NCBI GenBank assembly: GCA_964408805.1
Contig: CAYPAV010000005.1
Location: forward strand, 4,476-68,475
Source of the DNA: an uncultured Rhodospirillaceae bacterium
GTDB taxonomy: Bacteria; Pseudomonadota; Alphaproteobacteria; UBA8366
Reading direction: 5' to 3'
DNA length: 64,000 nt
Shown: piece by piece, positions 38,064 through 48,838 of the stretch
Layout of the letters: every line of letters begins with the position of its first letter
Position numbering within the stretch: position 1 is the first letter of the stretch
Notes under the pieces: generated by a model
Databases searched by the model: none
Seen by the model: only the letters and a program-made list of their open reading frames with translations
Told to the model about the DNA's origin: nothing
Made by a program: the position numbers and the translations under genes

Positions 38064-38092
38064 TTGCAATAAATTCACTACAAGAGTATGGT
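38064..38092 (+). promoter_or_regulatory. sigma70-like promoter candidate
   Basis: ttgcaa-N17-tatggt sits inside a strikingly A/T-rich stretch (38030-38100), about 30 nt upstream of the ATG at 38121. Confidence 0.3.
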
Positions 38093-38120
38093 TAACAATA
38101 AACCAGGGGAGGAACGGACA

Positions 38121-38549
38121 ATGACATTTACTCAGAAACGGTTTCTCGCGGGTGGGCTCGGCGCCCTGATACCGATCGCCATCACCCTCTTACTCGTCGA
38201 CGCGGCGACAATAGCGGAGATGCTCGACACCGAGGATGGCGGGTACCAGATCCTCGGTTGGGGCGTGAAATCGCTGTTGTTGTTCCTGATCGGCGGGGTC
38301 TGGGTCTATTTCGACAGCATGGCGACCGACCTGAAGAAAGCGTTCCGATTGGGCATGGCGGCACCGGCGGTCATCACGACGACCTTGGCCTCGAACAACA
38401 TCGATTTCACGCAGGAAAAAGCGGCCGCGATCGCCGCCCCCCGCGTAATCACGGCGGGATTCACCCTGACCAAAGGCACACCGGCACCACCGGCGCAGGG
38501 TGCGGGGAAGTGTTTCATAAAAGGGCTTCTGGGCAAGCCCTGCAGGTGA
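38121..38549 (+). CDS. hypothetical membrane protein
   Basis: MTFTQKRFLAGGLGALIPIAITLLLV...SLLLFLIGGVWVYF contains two hydrophobic helices. The RBS ggggagg precedes the ATG at 38121. No family was recognised. Confidence 0.5.
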   Translation: MTFTQKRFLAGGLGALIPIAITLLLVDAATIAEMLDTEDGGYQILGWGVKSLLLFLIGGVWVYFDSMATDLKKAFRLGMAAPAVITTTLASNNIDFTQEKAAAIAAPRVITAGFTLTKGTPAPPAQGAGKCFIKGLLGKPCR

Positions 38550-38553
38550 CCGC

Positions 38554-39735
38554 CTATTCGCTGGCCAGGCGGGTACTCATGCCAGCCTGGGCCTGTCGGT
38601 TCATGTGACGCGACACCAGCAGGCTCAACATCTCGCTGGAGCCGTCGCCGATCTGGAAGAGCTTGGTTTCGCGATAATAGCGCTCGACCGGATGATCCTT
38701 TGTCAGGCCGTGGCCGCCGAGGAACTGGACCGCCTGCTGCGTCACCTCGGTGCAAACCTGGCTGCCGAACAACTTCGCCATCGACGCCGCCACGGGGGCG
38801 TCGTCGGTCTTGGCCTCGGCGAGAGCCGCCGCGTGGTAGGAAAGCTGACGGGCCGCCTCGATCTTGGCGCCGAGATCGGCGGCGCGAAAGCGGAGCGCCT
38901 GGAACTGGGCGAGCGGCTGGCCGAACTGCTCGCGCGTCTGCATGTAGTTGAGCGCATAGTCGATCGCTCCCTGGGCGACACCGGCGCAGCGCGCGCCATA
39001 GATCGAGCGGGCCTTCGCGAACCCCGTCTGCATATACTTGAAGCCCTCGCCCTCGCGGCCGAGGAGCGCACTGGCGGGCACCCGGCAATCCTCGAAGATC
39101 AGCTCGGCGATCGGGTTGGCGGTATGGGCAATGGTCTCGAAGGTGCGGCCGACGGAGAAGCCGGGGGCGTCCTTTTCGATCAGGAAGAGGCTGATGCCGC
39201 CGCCGCGCGGGGCGTCCCGATCGGTGCGCGCGAACAGCACGATCAGATCCGCATGAGCCCCATTGGTGATGAAGATTTTCCGGCCGTTGATCACCCAATC
39301 ATCACCGTCTCGCTTGGCGAAGGTGGAGATGGAGGACGCGTCGGAGCCGGAATCCGGCTCAGTCAACGCGAAGGCGGTGATAATTTCACCGGTGGCGGCC
39401 TTCGGCAGATAGGTCTGCTTCTGGGCTTCGGTGCCGATCGCCAGTAGCGGACCGGTGAGCAAACTCACCACATGGGTCGACGCCGAAAACCAAACACCGG
39501 CGATTTCCTCCAAGATGACCGCACATGACAGAATATCGAGCCCGGGACCGCCGAATTCGGTCGGGATGTCGAGCCCCAGGAACCCGCGCTTCGCCATCAT
39601 CATCAGGATGTCGCGGGAAAGAACGCCGCCCTTCCCTTCGACCTCGGCGGCAATCGGCGCCAGTTCCTCCTGGGCGAATTTCCGGGCCGCGGATTTCAGT
39701 TCGCGCTGGGTATCGGTCAGACGATAGTTCGACAT
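38554..39735 (-). CDS. acyl-CoA dehydrogenase
   Basis: MSNYRLTDTQRELKSAARKFAQEELAPIA...ALTEPDSGSDA...QIGDGSSEM. The start is re-set to the ATG at 39735. Confidence 0.9.
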   Translation of the reverse strand: MSNYRLTDTQRELKSAARKFAQEELAPIAAEVEGKGGVLSRDILMMMAKRGFLGLDIPTEFGGPGLDILSCAVILEEIAGVWFSASTHVVSLLTGPLLAIGTEAQKQTYLPKAATGEIITAFALTEPDSGSDASSISTFAKRDGDDWVINGRKIFITNGAHADLIVLFARTDRDAPRGGGISLFLIEKDAPGFSVGRTFETIAHTANPIAELIFEDCRVPASALLGREGEGFKYMQTGFAKARSIYGARCAGVAQGAIDYALNYMQTREQFGQPLAQFQALRFRAADLGAKIEAARQLSYHAAALAEAKTDDAPVAASMAKLFGSQVCTEVTQQAVQFLGGHGLTKDHPVERYYRETKLFQIGDGSSEMLSLLVSRHMNRQAQAGMSTRLASE

Positions 39736-39754
39736 ATTCTTCCCTTCCGCCTCG

Positions 39755-40399
39755 CTATTTCTTGAGCCGCGACCGGTTCGGGGTAACGACGTGCTCCTGA
39801 TAGGCCGGCCGCCCCGCCATCCGCTCGTACCAGGCCTCGACATTGGGATGCGAGGGCCGCTCGCCCTCCGGCGTCCAGGTCATCCAGCGATCGGTCAACG
39901 AGCCCGCGGGGATATCCGCCATGGTCAGCCGATCACCGCAGAGAAAGTCCCGATCCGCCAGGTGGGCGTCGAGAATGTCGTACATCTTGGTCGCTCCGGC
40001 GATCGCCGCGGAAACGGCATCGGGATCGCGCTCGGCTTCCGATAGCCGGAAGAACTGATCGAGATAGACCCCGTTGAAGGCGGCAAGGTTGAGCGAGCTC
40101 CAATCCATCCATTTCTCGGCCTCGGCGCGGCCCCGATGACCCTCGGGACACATCTCGCCCGGGCTGTGCTTGGCGCAGAGATAGCGCACGACCGCGCCTG
40201 ACTCCCAAAGCGTAAATCCGTCCTCCTCCTCAAGGGTCGGCAGCCGGCCCATCGGGTTTTTTGCCCGGTATTCCGGATCGTCGTTGCCGCCGAATTCTCC
40301 GCCCCAATCTATGCGTTCATGCTCCAGTCCCAGCTCGCCGACACACCACATCGCCTTGATCACATTGGAGCCATCGTTCCGTCCCCAGATTTTCAACAT
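39755..40399 (-). CDS. glutathione S-transferase family protein
   Basis: MLKIWGRNDGSNVIKAMWCVGELGLEHERID...NPMGRLPTLEEEDGFTLWESGAVVRYL. Confidence 0.85.
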   Translation of the reverse strand: MLKIWGRNDGSNVIKAMWCVGELGLEHERIDWGGEFGGNDDPEYRAKNPMGRLPTLEEEDGFTLWESGAVVRYLCAKHSPGEMCPEGHRGRAEAEKWMDWSSLNLAAFNGVYLDQFFRLSEAERDPDAVSAAIAGATKMYDILDAHLADRDFLCGDRLTMADIPAGSLTDRWMTWTPEGERPSHPNVEAWYERMAGRPAYQEHVVTPNRSRLKK

Positions 40400-40585
40400 T
40401 TCCGCAACCCTCCCCGGTTTCCGATATGTTTGGAGTGGCGGTGCTACCGCGAACTCCGGACCTTAATGACATGGTTCGATTTCACGGAAAATCCGATGCC
40501 CCAACAAACCCCATTCCCATCGCTTTATTGATTAACCGGATTCCAATCCCCATCTCTCCCTGATCCGCAACGGAGAACCGATACA

Positions 40586-41428
40586 ATGAGAACGTCGAAC
40601 ACGGACACCGGCGAAGTCCGGGCACCGCTGACGTTTATTGTGCCCCAGGACACCAAACCCCGTTTTGAAAGTTCCGCCCTAACGGGCGGTGCGCCGAATG
40701 TCTTTTTCGAAACCGAGGACCGGGTGGTCACGATCCGCGACATGCGGCCGATCGCCGACGGCTTCACGCTCGATCGCCAGGGCTTCGAACTCCAACGTCA
40801 CGAGACCGCCGTTGAGGATCTATATGACGACGACGAGGTCGACCGGACCTACGATGGCGAAATCGAATCCCTTCTCAAGTCGGCGACCGGGGCCGATCGG
40901 GTCGTCGTCTTCGACCGCACCCGCCGCTCGGACAGCTCCGCCGGGGCGGCCAATCGCGACGGTCTGCGAGGACCGGCCGGCCGGGTCCATGTCGACTACA
41001 CGGTGGCTTCGGGTCCCGTTCGCGCCCGCGATGCCCTGGGGTCGGAAGAGGTCGATCGCATTCTGGAGTCGGGCGGCCGCATCATGCAGGTCAATGTCTG
41101 GCGCCCGATTACGGGCCCCGTCCGCCGGGCCCCGCTGGCGCTGGCCGATGCCGAAAGCGTCAAGACCGAGGAGCTGGTGGCGACCGATCAGGTCTTCCCG
41201 GACCGGGTCGGCGAAATCTACCAAGTAGCACATGGCGAGGGCCAAAACTGGTATTGGGCGCCGGAGATGACGCCAGACGAAGTGCTGTTGATCAAGGGAT
41301 GGGATAGTTTGGACGACGGCCGGGCCCAATTCACGCCGCACGGCGCCTTCCCCATTCCCGACCAGGATGCGGATACGCCGGCGCGCGAAAGTATCGAGGT
41401 TCGGGCTTACCTAACCTTCGAGGCGTGA
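40586..41428 (+). CDS. CmcJ/NvfI-family oxidoreductase-like protein
   Basis: RVHVDYT..., QVNVWRPITGPVRRAPLALADAESV and GEIYQVAHGEGQNWYWAPEMTPDEVLLIKGWDS match my memory of this family's conserved blocks. Confidence 0.7.
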   Translation: MRTSNTDTGEVRAPLTFIVPQDTKPRFESSALTGGAPNVFFETEDRVVTIRDMRPIADGFTLDRQGFELQRHETAVEDLYDDDEVDRTYDGEIESLLKSATGADRVVVFDRTRRSDSSAGAANRDGLRGPAGRVHVDYTVASGPVRARDALGSEEVDRILESGGRIMQVNVWRPITGPVRRAPLALADAESVKTEELVATDQVFPDRVGEIYQVAHGEGQNWYWAPEMTPDEVLLIKGWDSLDDGRAQFTPHGAFPIPDQDADTPARESIEVRAYLTFEA

Positions 41429-41510
41429 AACGGCATTGGCCGCCGCGATCTCTTTCGCGAAAATTTGTTGAATAGGTTATACTTGGCCGCCTGACATCAA
41501 GGGGGCTGTC

Positions 41511-42149
41511 ATGCCGTCATCGTCGAAATACCGATTCGTCGTTTCCGCAATCTTCCTCCTGTTGACGGCCGGTCTGACGCCGGGGGAAAGTCTGGCCGCC
41601 GCGGGGCCGGTCGTGGGCAAACCGGCGCCTGAATTTTCCGGTACCGACAGCGCCGGCCGTGTCCATCGGCTGAGCGATCATCGCGGGAAAATCGTCATCC
41701 TGGAATGGACCAATCACGGGTGTCCCTTCGTTGCCAAGCATTACGGCTCGAAGAACATGCAGCGCACGCAGAAGGACATGACCGAAAGCGGCGTGGTTTG
41801 GTATTCGATCGTCTCCTCGGCGCCCGGCCGTCAGGGACACGTGACGGGACCCGAAGCCGACGATTTGACGCGGGGGAGGGGCGCGCATCCGACGGCGGTT
41901 CTGCTCGACCCGTCGGGCCGGATCGGTCATCTCTACCGGGCGGTCGTGACGCCGCATATCTTCATCATCGATGAGGCGGGAACCCTGGTTTACAACGGCG
42001 CGATCGACAACATTCCCTCCTGGGACGAAGACGATATTTCGCGGGCCACCAATTACGTTCGGAAGGCCATGTCAAAATTGAAGGCTGGCCTGCCGGTCGA
42101 CCCGCGGATCACCCGTCCCTATGGCTGCAGCGTCAAATACGGCTCCTGA
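41511..42149 (+). CDS. exported thioredoxin-fold (redoxin/TlpA-like) protein
   Basis: A signal peptide is present. GKPAPEFSGTDSAGRVHRLSDHRGKIVILEWTNHGCPFVAKHY. Confidence 0.8.
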   Translation: MPSSSKYRFVVSAIFLLLTAGLTPGESLAAAGPVVGKPAPEFSGTDSAGRVHRLSDHRGKIVILEWTNHGCPFVAKHYGSKNMQRTQKDMTESGVVWYSIVSSAPGRQGHVTGPEADDLTRGRGAHPTAVLLDPSGRIGHLYRAVVTPHIFIIDEAGTLVYNGAIDNIPSWDEDDISRATNYVRKAMSKLKAGLPVDPRITRPYGCSVKYGS

Positions 42150-42307
42150 TCGGCGGTCGCGCCGGTCGGCCGCCATCGGCGCCTCGAACCGGGCCTGCGT
42201 TGACAGGCCGTGTCTCTTCATCGAAAAAGTCTATCTTGAATAATCAGCAGTCTTGAATGGGCGATCTCGGGGACGCGCGATCGGCACCGAAATAGAGGAA
42301 ATATATC

Positions 42308-43537
42308 ATGGATGGAATGACCCCAGGCGAAACCGCACCCGCGTTGAACGGCATCAAAATTCTCGACCTGACGCAATTCGAGGCCGGGCCCTCCTGCACG
42401 GAGGCCCTCGCTTGGATGGGCGCCGACGTGGTAAAGGTCGAGGAACCGAAACGGGGCGAGCCCGGACGCTGGAGCTTCACCGACAAACCCGGCATCGATG
42501 CCAATTATTTTCTCTATTTCAACCTCAACAAGCGCAGCATCACCTGCAACCTCAAATCCGACGAGGGCAAGGAGCTGCTGACCAAACTGATCGGCCAAGT
42601 CGATGTCGTCATCGAGAACATGGCGCCCGGAACCTTCGCGCGCCTCGGCTTCGATTACGACCGCCTGAATGAGATCAATCCCCGGGTCATCTTCGCCCAA
42701 ATCAAGGGATTTTCCCCCGACAGCCCGCATGCGAACTATCTCGCCTTCGACATGATCGCCCAGGCGACCGGCGGCACCATGGCCGTCAACGGAGAGCCTG
42801 ACGGACCGCCAATTCGGCCGGGTTCGACGATCGGCGATACCGGGACCGGCATGCTCTGCGCAATGGGTATATTGGGCGCGCTCTTTCAGCGTCATACCAC
42901 AGGACGCGGCCAACATATCCAGATCGCCATGCGTGATGCGATGCTGAACTACTGCCGGACACCGATGAGCAAACAGGTGCCGCTGAATGGCGTCCTGCCG
43001 CGCGCCGGGAATGAGATCCTCGGGACATCACCGGGCGGCCTCTATCCCTGCAAACCGGGTGGCGCGGACGACTATTGCTACATCTTCACCTCGCGCGGCA
43101 ACGAAGAGCATTGGAAGCGTCTGATGCGCGTTGTCGGCCGAGAAGAACTACTCGATGATCCCCGCCTGCAGGACGGCTCGGCGCGCTACCAGCACAAGGA
43201 GATCGTCGATGAAGCGATCAGCAGCTGGACCTCGGAACACACAAAGGAAGAGGTGATGGCGGAAATCGCGGGCGCCAGCGTCCCCTGCGGCGCCGTCTTC
43301 AACACTCAGGAACTGATGCACGACCCGGATTTGCACGCCCGCGGGATCATGCAGAAAATCGATCACCCCCAACGCGGCGAGGTGACCGTCACGGGTTGGC
43401 CGCTCCGAATGTCGGATACTCACGTGCCGGTGAAGTCCTCACCTCTCCACGGCGCCGACAACGAGGCCATCTATACCGAATGGCTCGACTATTCGCCGGA
43501 GGAGGTAAGGGACCTCCGCGCGCGGGACGTCATTTAG
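42308..43537 (+). CDS. family III CoA-transferase (CaiB/BaiF, formyl-CoA transferase-like)
   Basis: LNGIKILDLTQFEAGPSCTEALAWMGADVVKVEEPKRGEPGR. Confidence 0.9.
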   Translation: MDGMTPGETAPALNGIKILDLTQFEAGPSCTEALAWMGADVVKVEEPKRGEPGRWSFTDKPGIDANYFLYFNLNKRSITCNLKSDEGKELLTKLIGQVDVVIENMAPGTFARLGFDYDRLNEINPRVIFAQIKGFSPDSPHANYLAFDMIAQATGGTMAVNGEPDGPPIRPGSTIGDTGTGMLCAMGILGALFQRHTTGRGQHIQIAMRDAMLNYCRTPMSKQVPLNGVLPRAGNEILGTSPGGLYPCKPGGADDYCYIFTSRGNEEHWKRLMRVVGREELLDDPRLQDGSARYQHKEIVDEAISSWTSEHTKEEVMAEIAGASVPCGAVFNTQELMHDPDLHARGIMQKIDHPQRGEVTVTGWPLRMSDTHVPVKSSPLHGADNEAIYTEWLDYSPEEVRDLRARDVI

Positions 43538-43935
43538 AGCCCGAGCGCCTTCGCCAAATGCGGTCTCAAGCCGTCGACCGTCGGCGGCTTGACCACGAAG
43601 CCGTCGATCCGGTGGATTTGCGCGCTCCGCAGGTTCTTTTGCGTGTCCTGTCCCGTCAGCATCAGGATCGGGACTTCCTTGTATTTCGGGATCGTGCCGA
43701 ACCGTAGTTGACGCGCGAACTCATAACCGTCCATTTCCGGCATTTCGATATCGCAGATGACGAGGTCGAACACGGTCTCGCTCTCGCGCAGGATATCAAG
43801 GGCGGCCGGACCGTTATCGGCGGTCAGCACCTCGCCGACGCCGATCGCTTGAAGGACTCGAATCGCGAATTTCTGGGCGAATACTTCGTCGTCGACCAGC
43901 AGGACGCTCAGGCCCGCATAGGGATTCGTGCTCAT
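43534..43935 (-). CDS. single-domain response regulator (CheY-like receiver)
   Basis: LSVLLVDDE...[17 protein letters not shown]...ILMLTG...VVKP. Confidence 0.88.
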   Translation of the reverse strand: MSTNPYAGLSVLLVDDEVFAQKFAIRVLQAIGVGEVLTADNGPAALDILRESETVFDLVICDIEMPEMDGYEFARQLRFGTIPKYKEVPILMLTGQDTQKNLRSAQIHRIDGFVVKPPTVDGLRPHLAKALGL

Positions 43936-43975
43936 CTCGGCTCGCTCCCGTCGAATTGAAATCGATACCGGCGTC

Positions 43976-45025
43976 TTATCTCAGTCCATAGCATTCGATC
44001 ACCTCGACATCGCGCTTGCCCTTCATTTCGACGCGCCCCAAGGATCGGCCCTCGCATTCGCTTTCGATCTGCATCCAGACATCGTGGCTCATGCAAACAC
44101 GACCGGGCGATCCGACCGCCGCCATCCGCGACGCCACGTTCACCGCGTCTCCCCAGACATCGTATTGATATTTCTGCCGGCCGACGATCCCCGCCACCAC
44201 CGGACCCACGTTCACGCCCACCCGGACCTGCCAGGTCGCATCGACGATCGGCGCGGCCTCGGCCATTTCCAGACCGCATTTGATAACCGAGAGCAGCGGA
44301 TCGCTGTTGGGGCGCAGCAACCCCGCCGTAGCCATATATTCGTCGCCGATGGTCTTGATCTTCTCCATATCGAATTTGTCGGTCAGTTCCTCGAATCGCT
44401 CGAAAAGAGCCTGGAGTTGATCGACCACCGTCTCCGGCGTGTTGGCGTCGCAGAACTCGGTGAACTCGACGATATCGCAGAACAGGATCGCCACATTGTC
44501 GTAGCGCCGGGGTGTTACCGAACCGTTGTGCTTCAATTCCCCGGCGGCGACCGACGGCAGAATGACGTTCAGCAATTCCTCCGATCGTTTCTTTTCGACC
44601 CGGATCTGCTCGACGAAGGATGCGCGCTGATCGCTGAGTCGCTTGCGATCAAGGCAGGCCCCCAGGCGCGCCCGCAACAACACCGGATCGAAGGGCTTGC
44701 GCAGGAAATCATCGGCACCCATCTCGATGCATTTGATAATGTTCTCCTGCTCGTCGAGGCCGGAGATCATCAGCACCGGGATATCACGCAACCGCATGTC
44801 CGCCTTCAGCTCGCGCAGGACACCGAAGCCGTCGAGTTCGGGCATCTCCAAATCCAGCAGCACGAGATCGATCTCCATCTCGCGCAGCACTTCGAGTGCC
44901 TGACGGCCGTTTTCGGCGGATTCAACTTGATCGTATCCCTCTTGGTTCAACTGTCGAACGATAAGCTGCCGGTTGAAGGATTCATCATCGACGACGAGCA
45001 GATGCTGCTTCTCGCGATCACTCAC
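43976..45025 (-). CDS. response regulator receiver fused to a class III adenylate/guanylate cyclase domain
   Basis: The REC domain reads HLLVVDDE...LVLLDLEMPELDGFGV...VLMISG. The cyclase domain reads VAILFCDIVEFT...KTIGDEYMATAG...YDVWGDAVNVASRM. Confidence 0.9.
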   Translation of the reverse strand: MSDREKQHLLVVDDESFNRQLIVRQLNQEGYDQVESAENGRQALEVLREMEIDLVLLDLEMPELDGFGVLRELKADMRLRDIPVLMISGLDEQENIIKCIEMGADDFLRKPFDPVLLRARLGACLDRKRLSDQRASFVEQIRVEKKRSEELLNVILPSVAAGELKHNGSVTPRRYDNVAILFCDIVEFTEFCDANTPETVVDQLQALFERFEELTDKFDMEKIKTIGDEYMATAGLLRPNSDPLLSVIKCGLEMAEAAPIVDATWQVRVGVNVGPVVAGIVGRQKYQYDVWGDAVNVASRMAAVGSPGRVCMSHDVWMQIESECEGRSLGRVEMKGKRDVEVIECYGLR

Positions 45026-45062
45026 GAAATAATCTCCCCTGGTACTCTCTTACCTATACCCA

Positions 45063-45500
45063 TCAGTCGCGGAGTTTAACCGGGTCAAAAGGCGGTGCTT
45101 CCAGTGCCGCCTTCATCCGTGATTTCAACATGGTGAGCGAGACCGGCTTCGCGACAAAGCCATTTATTCCGAGTTCCACCGCTGTTTTGATACTGCCCGG
45201 GTCGGTATGGCCGGTGAGGATCAACACGGGCAGGTTCGAGTAACGAGCATTCGCTTCATTTCGAAGAAACTCGACGAACTTGAAACCGTTCATGTTGGGC
45301 ATTTCCAGATCGCAGATGATCAGGTCGATGTCCAGTTCATCCCGATTGAGTATATTGGTGGCCTCGAATCCGTCTTTTGCCTCGACCAGCCGCTTGACAC
45401 CGATTTCGGCAATAATTCGGCGGAGCAGATCTCGGATGAATTTCTCGTCTTCGACCAGAAGCACCGTCAATGTTTCGAATTCGTTGATGTCCTCGCTCAT
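45063..45500 (-). CDS. single-domain response regulator (CheY-like receiver)
   Basis: LTVLLVEDE...DLIICDLEMPNMNGFKF...VLILTG...FVAKP. The start is re-set to the ATG at 45500. Confidence 0.88.
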   Translation of the reverse strand: MSEDINEFETLTVLLVEDEKFIRDLLRRIIAEIGVKRLVEAKDGFEATNILNRDELDIDLIICDLEMPNMNGFKFVEFLRNEANARYSNLPVLILTGHTDPGSIKTAVELGINGFVAKPVSLTMLKSRMKAALEAPPFDPVKLRD

Positions 45501-45511
45501 ATTTGCACCGT

Positions 45512-48500
45512 TCAAAAGTTCTCGATGAAGTTGGCGACCTCGGTCATGGCGGGTTGAAGGGTGGGGGCGAGGGTTTCGAGTTGGCTCCAGTCTCCGGCCT
45601 TGCCCGCCGACTCGAGGCCGGCGCAAAGGTCGGCCAGGTCGTTGGCGCCGATCGACCGCGCCGCCGATTTCAGCTTATGCGCCTCCGCCCCGATCTTTGC
45701 GGCCAGACGATCCCCCATCGCCGCCTCGATCGCCGCCACGATGTCCCGCGACGGATCCACGAATTCTTGCAGGATTTCCCGGATCGTCGCCGGATCGTCC
45801 CCGAAAATCTCCGACAAGGCACTCGGATCCACGGCCGGGCCGTTGCCTCCGGATGCCGCCGAGGCCGCTGCCGGCGACGCGGAAGTTGCCGGGGCGGAGG
45901 TGGCCTGGGTGGGCGCCATCTCCGCGACCGCCGCCGGGGCCGCCATTTCCGGCGCCGCCGGCATCCATTTCGCCAGCACCTGCTTCAACCGCGTCATCTC
46001 AAGCGGCTTCGCCAGGTAATCGTCCATGCCCACCTCAAGACAGCGCTCCGCCTCGCCCTGCAGCGCGTTCGCCGTGATCGCCACGATCGGGAAGCGGATA
46101 TCATCCGCCGACTCCCGCGCCCGGATCCGCTCCGTCAACTCATACCCGTCCATCTCCGGCATATGGCAATCCGTCAGCAGCATCGCGTGACGCCGCGCCG
46201 CCATCGCCGACAGCGCCTCCTCGCCGTTCTCCACCATCTCGCAGGCATAACCCAGCAGGTTCAGCTGGCGCCGGATCACGTCCTGGTTCGTCACATTATC
46301 CTCCGCCACCAGGATCAAGCGGCCCTGGGCCAGTGCCGCCGCTTCGGTCGGCGCCTGCCCCGGACCCATCTTCTCCACCGTCTCGTCCCGCTTCACCTCC
46401 GGGCTCGCCCGGCCCGCCGCCACCGCCGTCACGAAAGCCGAACGCCGAAGCGGATTGGCATCCAGCGTCACCGTCTCCGGATCTCCGATCCGCGCCGTCC
46501 GCCGCCAGGCCTCCTGCAGTCGGATGAATTTGACTTCCCCGAGAGCCGCCACCGTCGCGCTGGCCTCGCGAAGCAGCGTTACCGCCACGTCGTCCCATTC
46601 CGTCCCCAGAACCACCACGTCGTAAGCCGCGCCCGCCGACGCTTCCAGCAACCGCGCCCGCGCCGATGCCGGGTCGGTCGCCACCGCCGCCGTCGCCCCC
46701 CAATGGGTCAAATACCGCGGCAGGACCTCCTCGAATTCCGCACTCGACGTCACCACCAAAACCGACACTCCCGACAGGTCGCCCCGCTCCATCGCCGAGG
46801 CCTCCGACGTCGTCACCTCATAGGGTAACGACACCGAAAACGACGACCCTTCTCCAAGCCGGGACTCCACCTCGATCCCGCCGTCCATCAGCTCCACCAA
46901 ACGAGCGCAGATCGACAGTCCGAGACCCGTCCCCCCAAAACGACGCGTCGTCGAACTTTCCGCCTGCGTGAATGGCTGAAACAGCGTCGGGATCGCATCC
47001 GTCGCAATCCCGATCCCGTTGTCCCGAACCGTAAAGCGGACCTCCACACCGTCCTCTCCCGTCTCGCCCACCAGATCGGCCCGAAGAAATACGCGGCCCC
47101 GCCGATCCGCCTCGTTGTTGGTGAATTTGATCGCATTGCCCCCCAGATTGAACAGGATCTGACGCAGCCGAACCTGATCCCCCGACACCCACTCCGGAAT
47201 TCCGGGATCCACAAAGCTTTGGATCAGCAGCTCCTTCTTCGCCGCATTCGGCGCCAGCGTCTCCGCAACCCCCTCGATCACGTCACGGATCGACACCGGA
47301 ATCCGCTCCAGCTCCAACTTGCCCGCTTCGATCTTCGAAAAATCCAAAATGTCGTTGATGATCTGTAACAGCGAAAACGCCGAATCGCGGATCACCCCCA
47401 CCATGTCGCCTTGATCGTCGTCCAGGGACGTCTGACGCAAGAGATCCACCATCCCGACAACGCCGTTCATCGGTGTCCGAATTTCGTGACTCATCGCCGC
47501 CAGGAAGTTCGATTTCGCGCGGGTCGCCAATTCGGCTTCCTCGCGGAGTCCCTCGGCCCGGCGACGGCTGGACTCGACATCCTCCATCATGTTCAGACTG
47601 GCGCGCCGCGCATCCGCGAGTTCGCCGACCCTCGCCTTCAATTCCTCATCGGCCATCCTGCGCTCGGTGATATCCCGCACCGCCGCGGCCACGAACAGAC
47701 CTTCGTCTGTTTCGATGGGATTGAGACTGACTTCAACCGCGAATTCGCGTCCGCTCTTCGATATCGCGGTCAATTCGCGCCCCGCCCCCATTTCGCGTTG
47801 TCCGGTCGTTCGGTCAAAGGATTCGCGGAGACCCACATGACCCTCCCGAACTTCGGCCGGCACGAGATCCTCGACGCGCATGCTGCTAAATTCCGCGAGG
47901 CTATAACCGAATAACCGCTCGCATTGGGTATTGGCGAAGGCAATGCGCCCTTCGTCGCCGACAATCAACATCGCGTCGGGCGCCGCCTGCAACAGCGAGC
48001 GGAACCGCGCCCGCTCGACCTCAAGCGCGGTCAGCACCTCTTTACGCTCGCTGATATCCGAATAGGTACTGACGAAGCCGCCTCCCGCAATGGGGCCACC
48101 GCGGACCTCGAGGTAACGGCCGTCGGGACGCCGGCGTTCAAATTCATGCGGCGCGAAGTTGCGGGCGAGGTTGACTTTCTCCTCGAGGAGCTTTTCCGGA
48201 TCGTCGTCGCCGAATTCGTGATGCGTGATGTCATAACGCATGAATGCGTCGAACGACGTACCCTCCTTGAGAATCTCTTTCGGATACCCTCGGACCTGAC
48301 CCAACCGATCGTTCCAGATGACCAGTTTGAGGTCTTTGTCGAAGGCGACAACCCCTTGCGCTAGACTCTCCACAACCGCTTTCAGGAGGTCGGATTTTTG
48401 CGCCACTTCCTCGGTACGCGCGCGCACCGCAAGGCGGATATTTTCGTTCTGCGTCAGCAGGAGGCCGATGAAAGCGGCGGCGATCACGGTCATGATCACG

Positions 48501-48838
48501 CCGCCGATCAGGACGAATGTCGCCAACCCGTCAGCCGGGCCTCCCAAATATTTAGGCGTTATATCCCAGGCGAGCTCGAATTTCGCTTTGGCGCTGATCG
48601 CGCGTAGGACAACGGTCTTCACCGCCGCCGGGGGTGCGAAATTTGCACCATATAGTGGCCGCGTGCCGTCCCCGCTCCGAGCTCCCGCGGGACGACCGGA
48701 AATCCGCATCGAAACACCGTCGGGCACCTGGAGCTTGCGCAATCCATCCGCCAGCTTTGTCAAGTTTATGGTCACCATCAGCACCGCCGGCGCATCGGCG
48801 CGCGTTACTTTCAAACCCACCAACGCCAGGTACTGCAT
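45512..48838 (-). CDS. hybrid sensor histidine kinase (partial CHASE-like periplasmic segment, TM, PAS x2, HisKA/HATPase, pseudo-receiver, receiver, HPt)
   Basis: The H-box is [19 protein letters not shown] and the ATPase G-box is [19 protein letters not shown]. The receiver reads ILVAEDN...[15 protein letters not shown]. The C-terminal HPt reads [16 protein letters not shown]. The 5' end is doubtful; see the finding. Confidence 0.85.
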   Translation of the reverse strand: MQYLALVGLKVTRADAPAVLMVTINLTKLADGLRKLQVPDGVSMRISGRPAGARSGDGTRPLYGANFAPPAAVKTVVLRAISAKAKFELAWDITPKYLGGPADGLATFVLIGGVIMTVIAAAFIGLLLTQNENIRLAVRARTEEVAQKSDLLKAVVESLAQGVVAFDKDLKLVIWNDRLGQVRGYPKEILKEGTSFDAFMRYDITHHEFGDDDPEKLLEEKVNLARNFAPHEFERRRPDGRYLEVRGGPIAGGGFVSTYSDISERKEVLTALEVERARFRSLLQAAPDAMLIVGDEGRIAFANTQCERLFGYSLAEFSSMRVEDLVPAEVREGHVGLRESFDRTTGQREMGAGRELTAISKSGREFAVEVSLNPIETDEGLFVAAAVRDITERRMADEELKARVGELADARRASLNMMEDVESSRRRAEGLREEAELATRAKSNFLAAMSHEIRTPMNGVVGMVDLLRQTSLDDDQGDMVGVIRDSAFSLLQIINDILDFSKIEAGKLELERIPVSIRDVIEGVAETLAPNAAKKELLIQSFVDPGIPEWVSGDQVRLRQILFNLGGNAIKFTNNEADRRGRVFLRADLVGETGEDGVEVRFTVRDNGIGIATDAIPTLFQPFTQAESSTTRRFGGTGLGLSICARLVELMDGGIEVESRLGEGSSFSVSLPYEVTTSEASAMERGDLSGVSVLVVTSSAEFEEVLPRYLTHWGATAAVATDPASARARLLEASAGAAYDVVVLGTEWDDVAVTLLREASATVAALGEVKFIRLQEAWRRTARIGDPETVTLDANPLRRSAFVTAVAAGRASPEVKRDETVEKMGPGQAPTEAAALAQGRLILVAEDNVTNQDVIRRQLNLLGYACEMVENGEEALSAMAARRHAMLLTDCHMPEMDGYELTERIRARESADDIRFPIVAITANALQGEAERCLEVGMDDYLAKPLEMTRLKQVLAKWMPAAPEMAAPAAVAEMAPTQATSAPATSASPAAASAASGGNGPAVDPSALSEIFGDDPATIREILQEFVDPSRDIVAAIEAAMGDRLAAKIGAEAHKLKSAARSIGANDLADLCAGLESAGKAGDWSQLETLAPTLQPAMTEVANFIENF

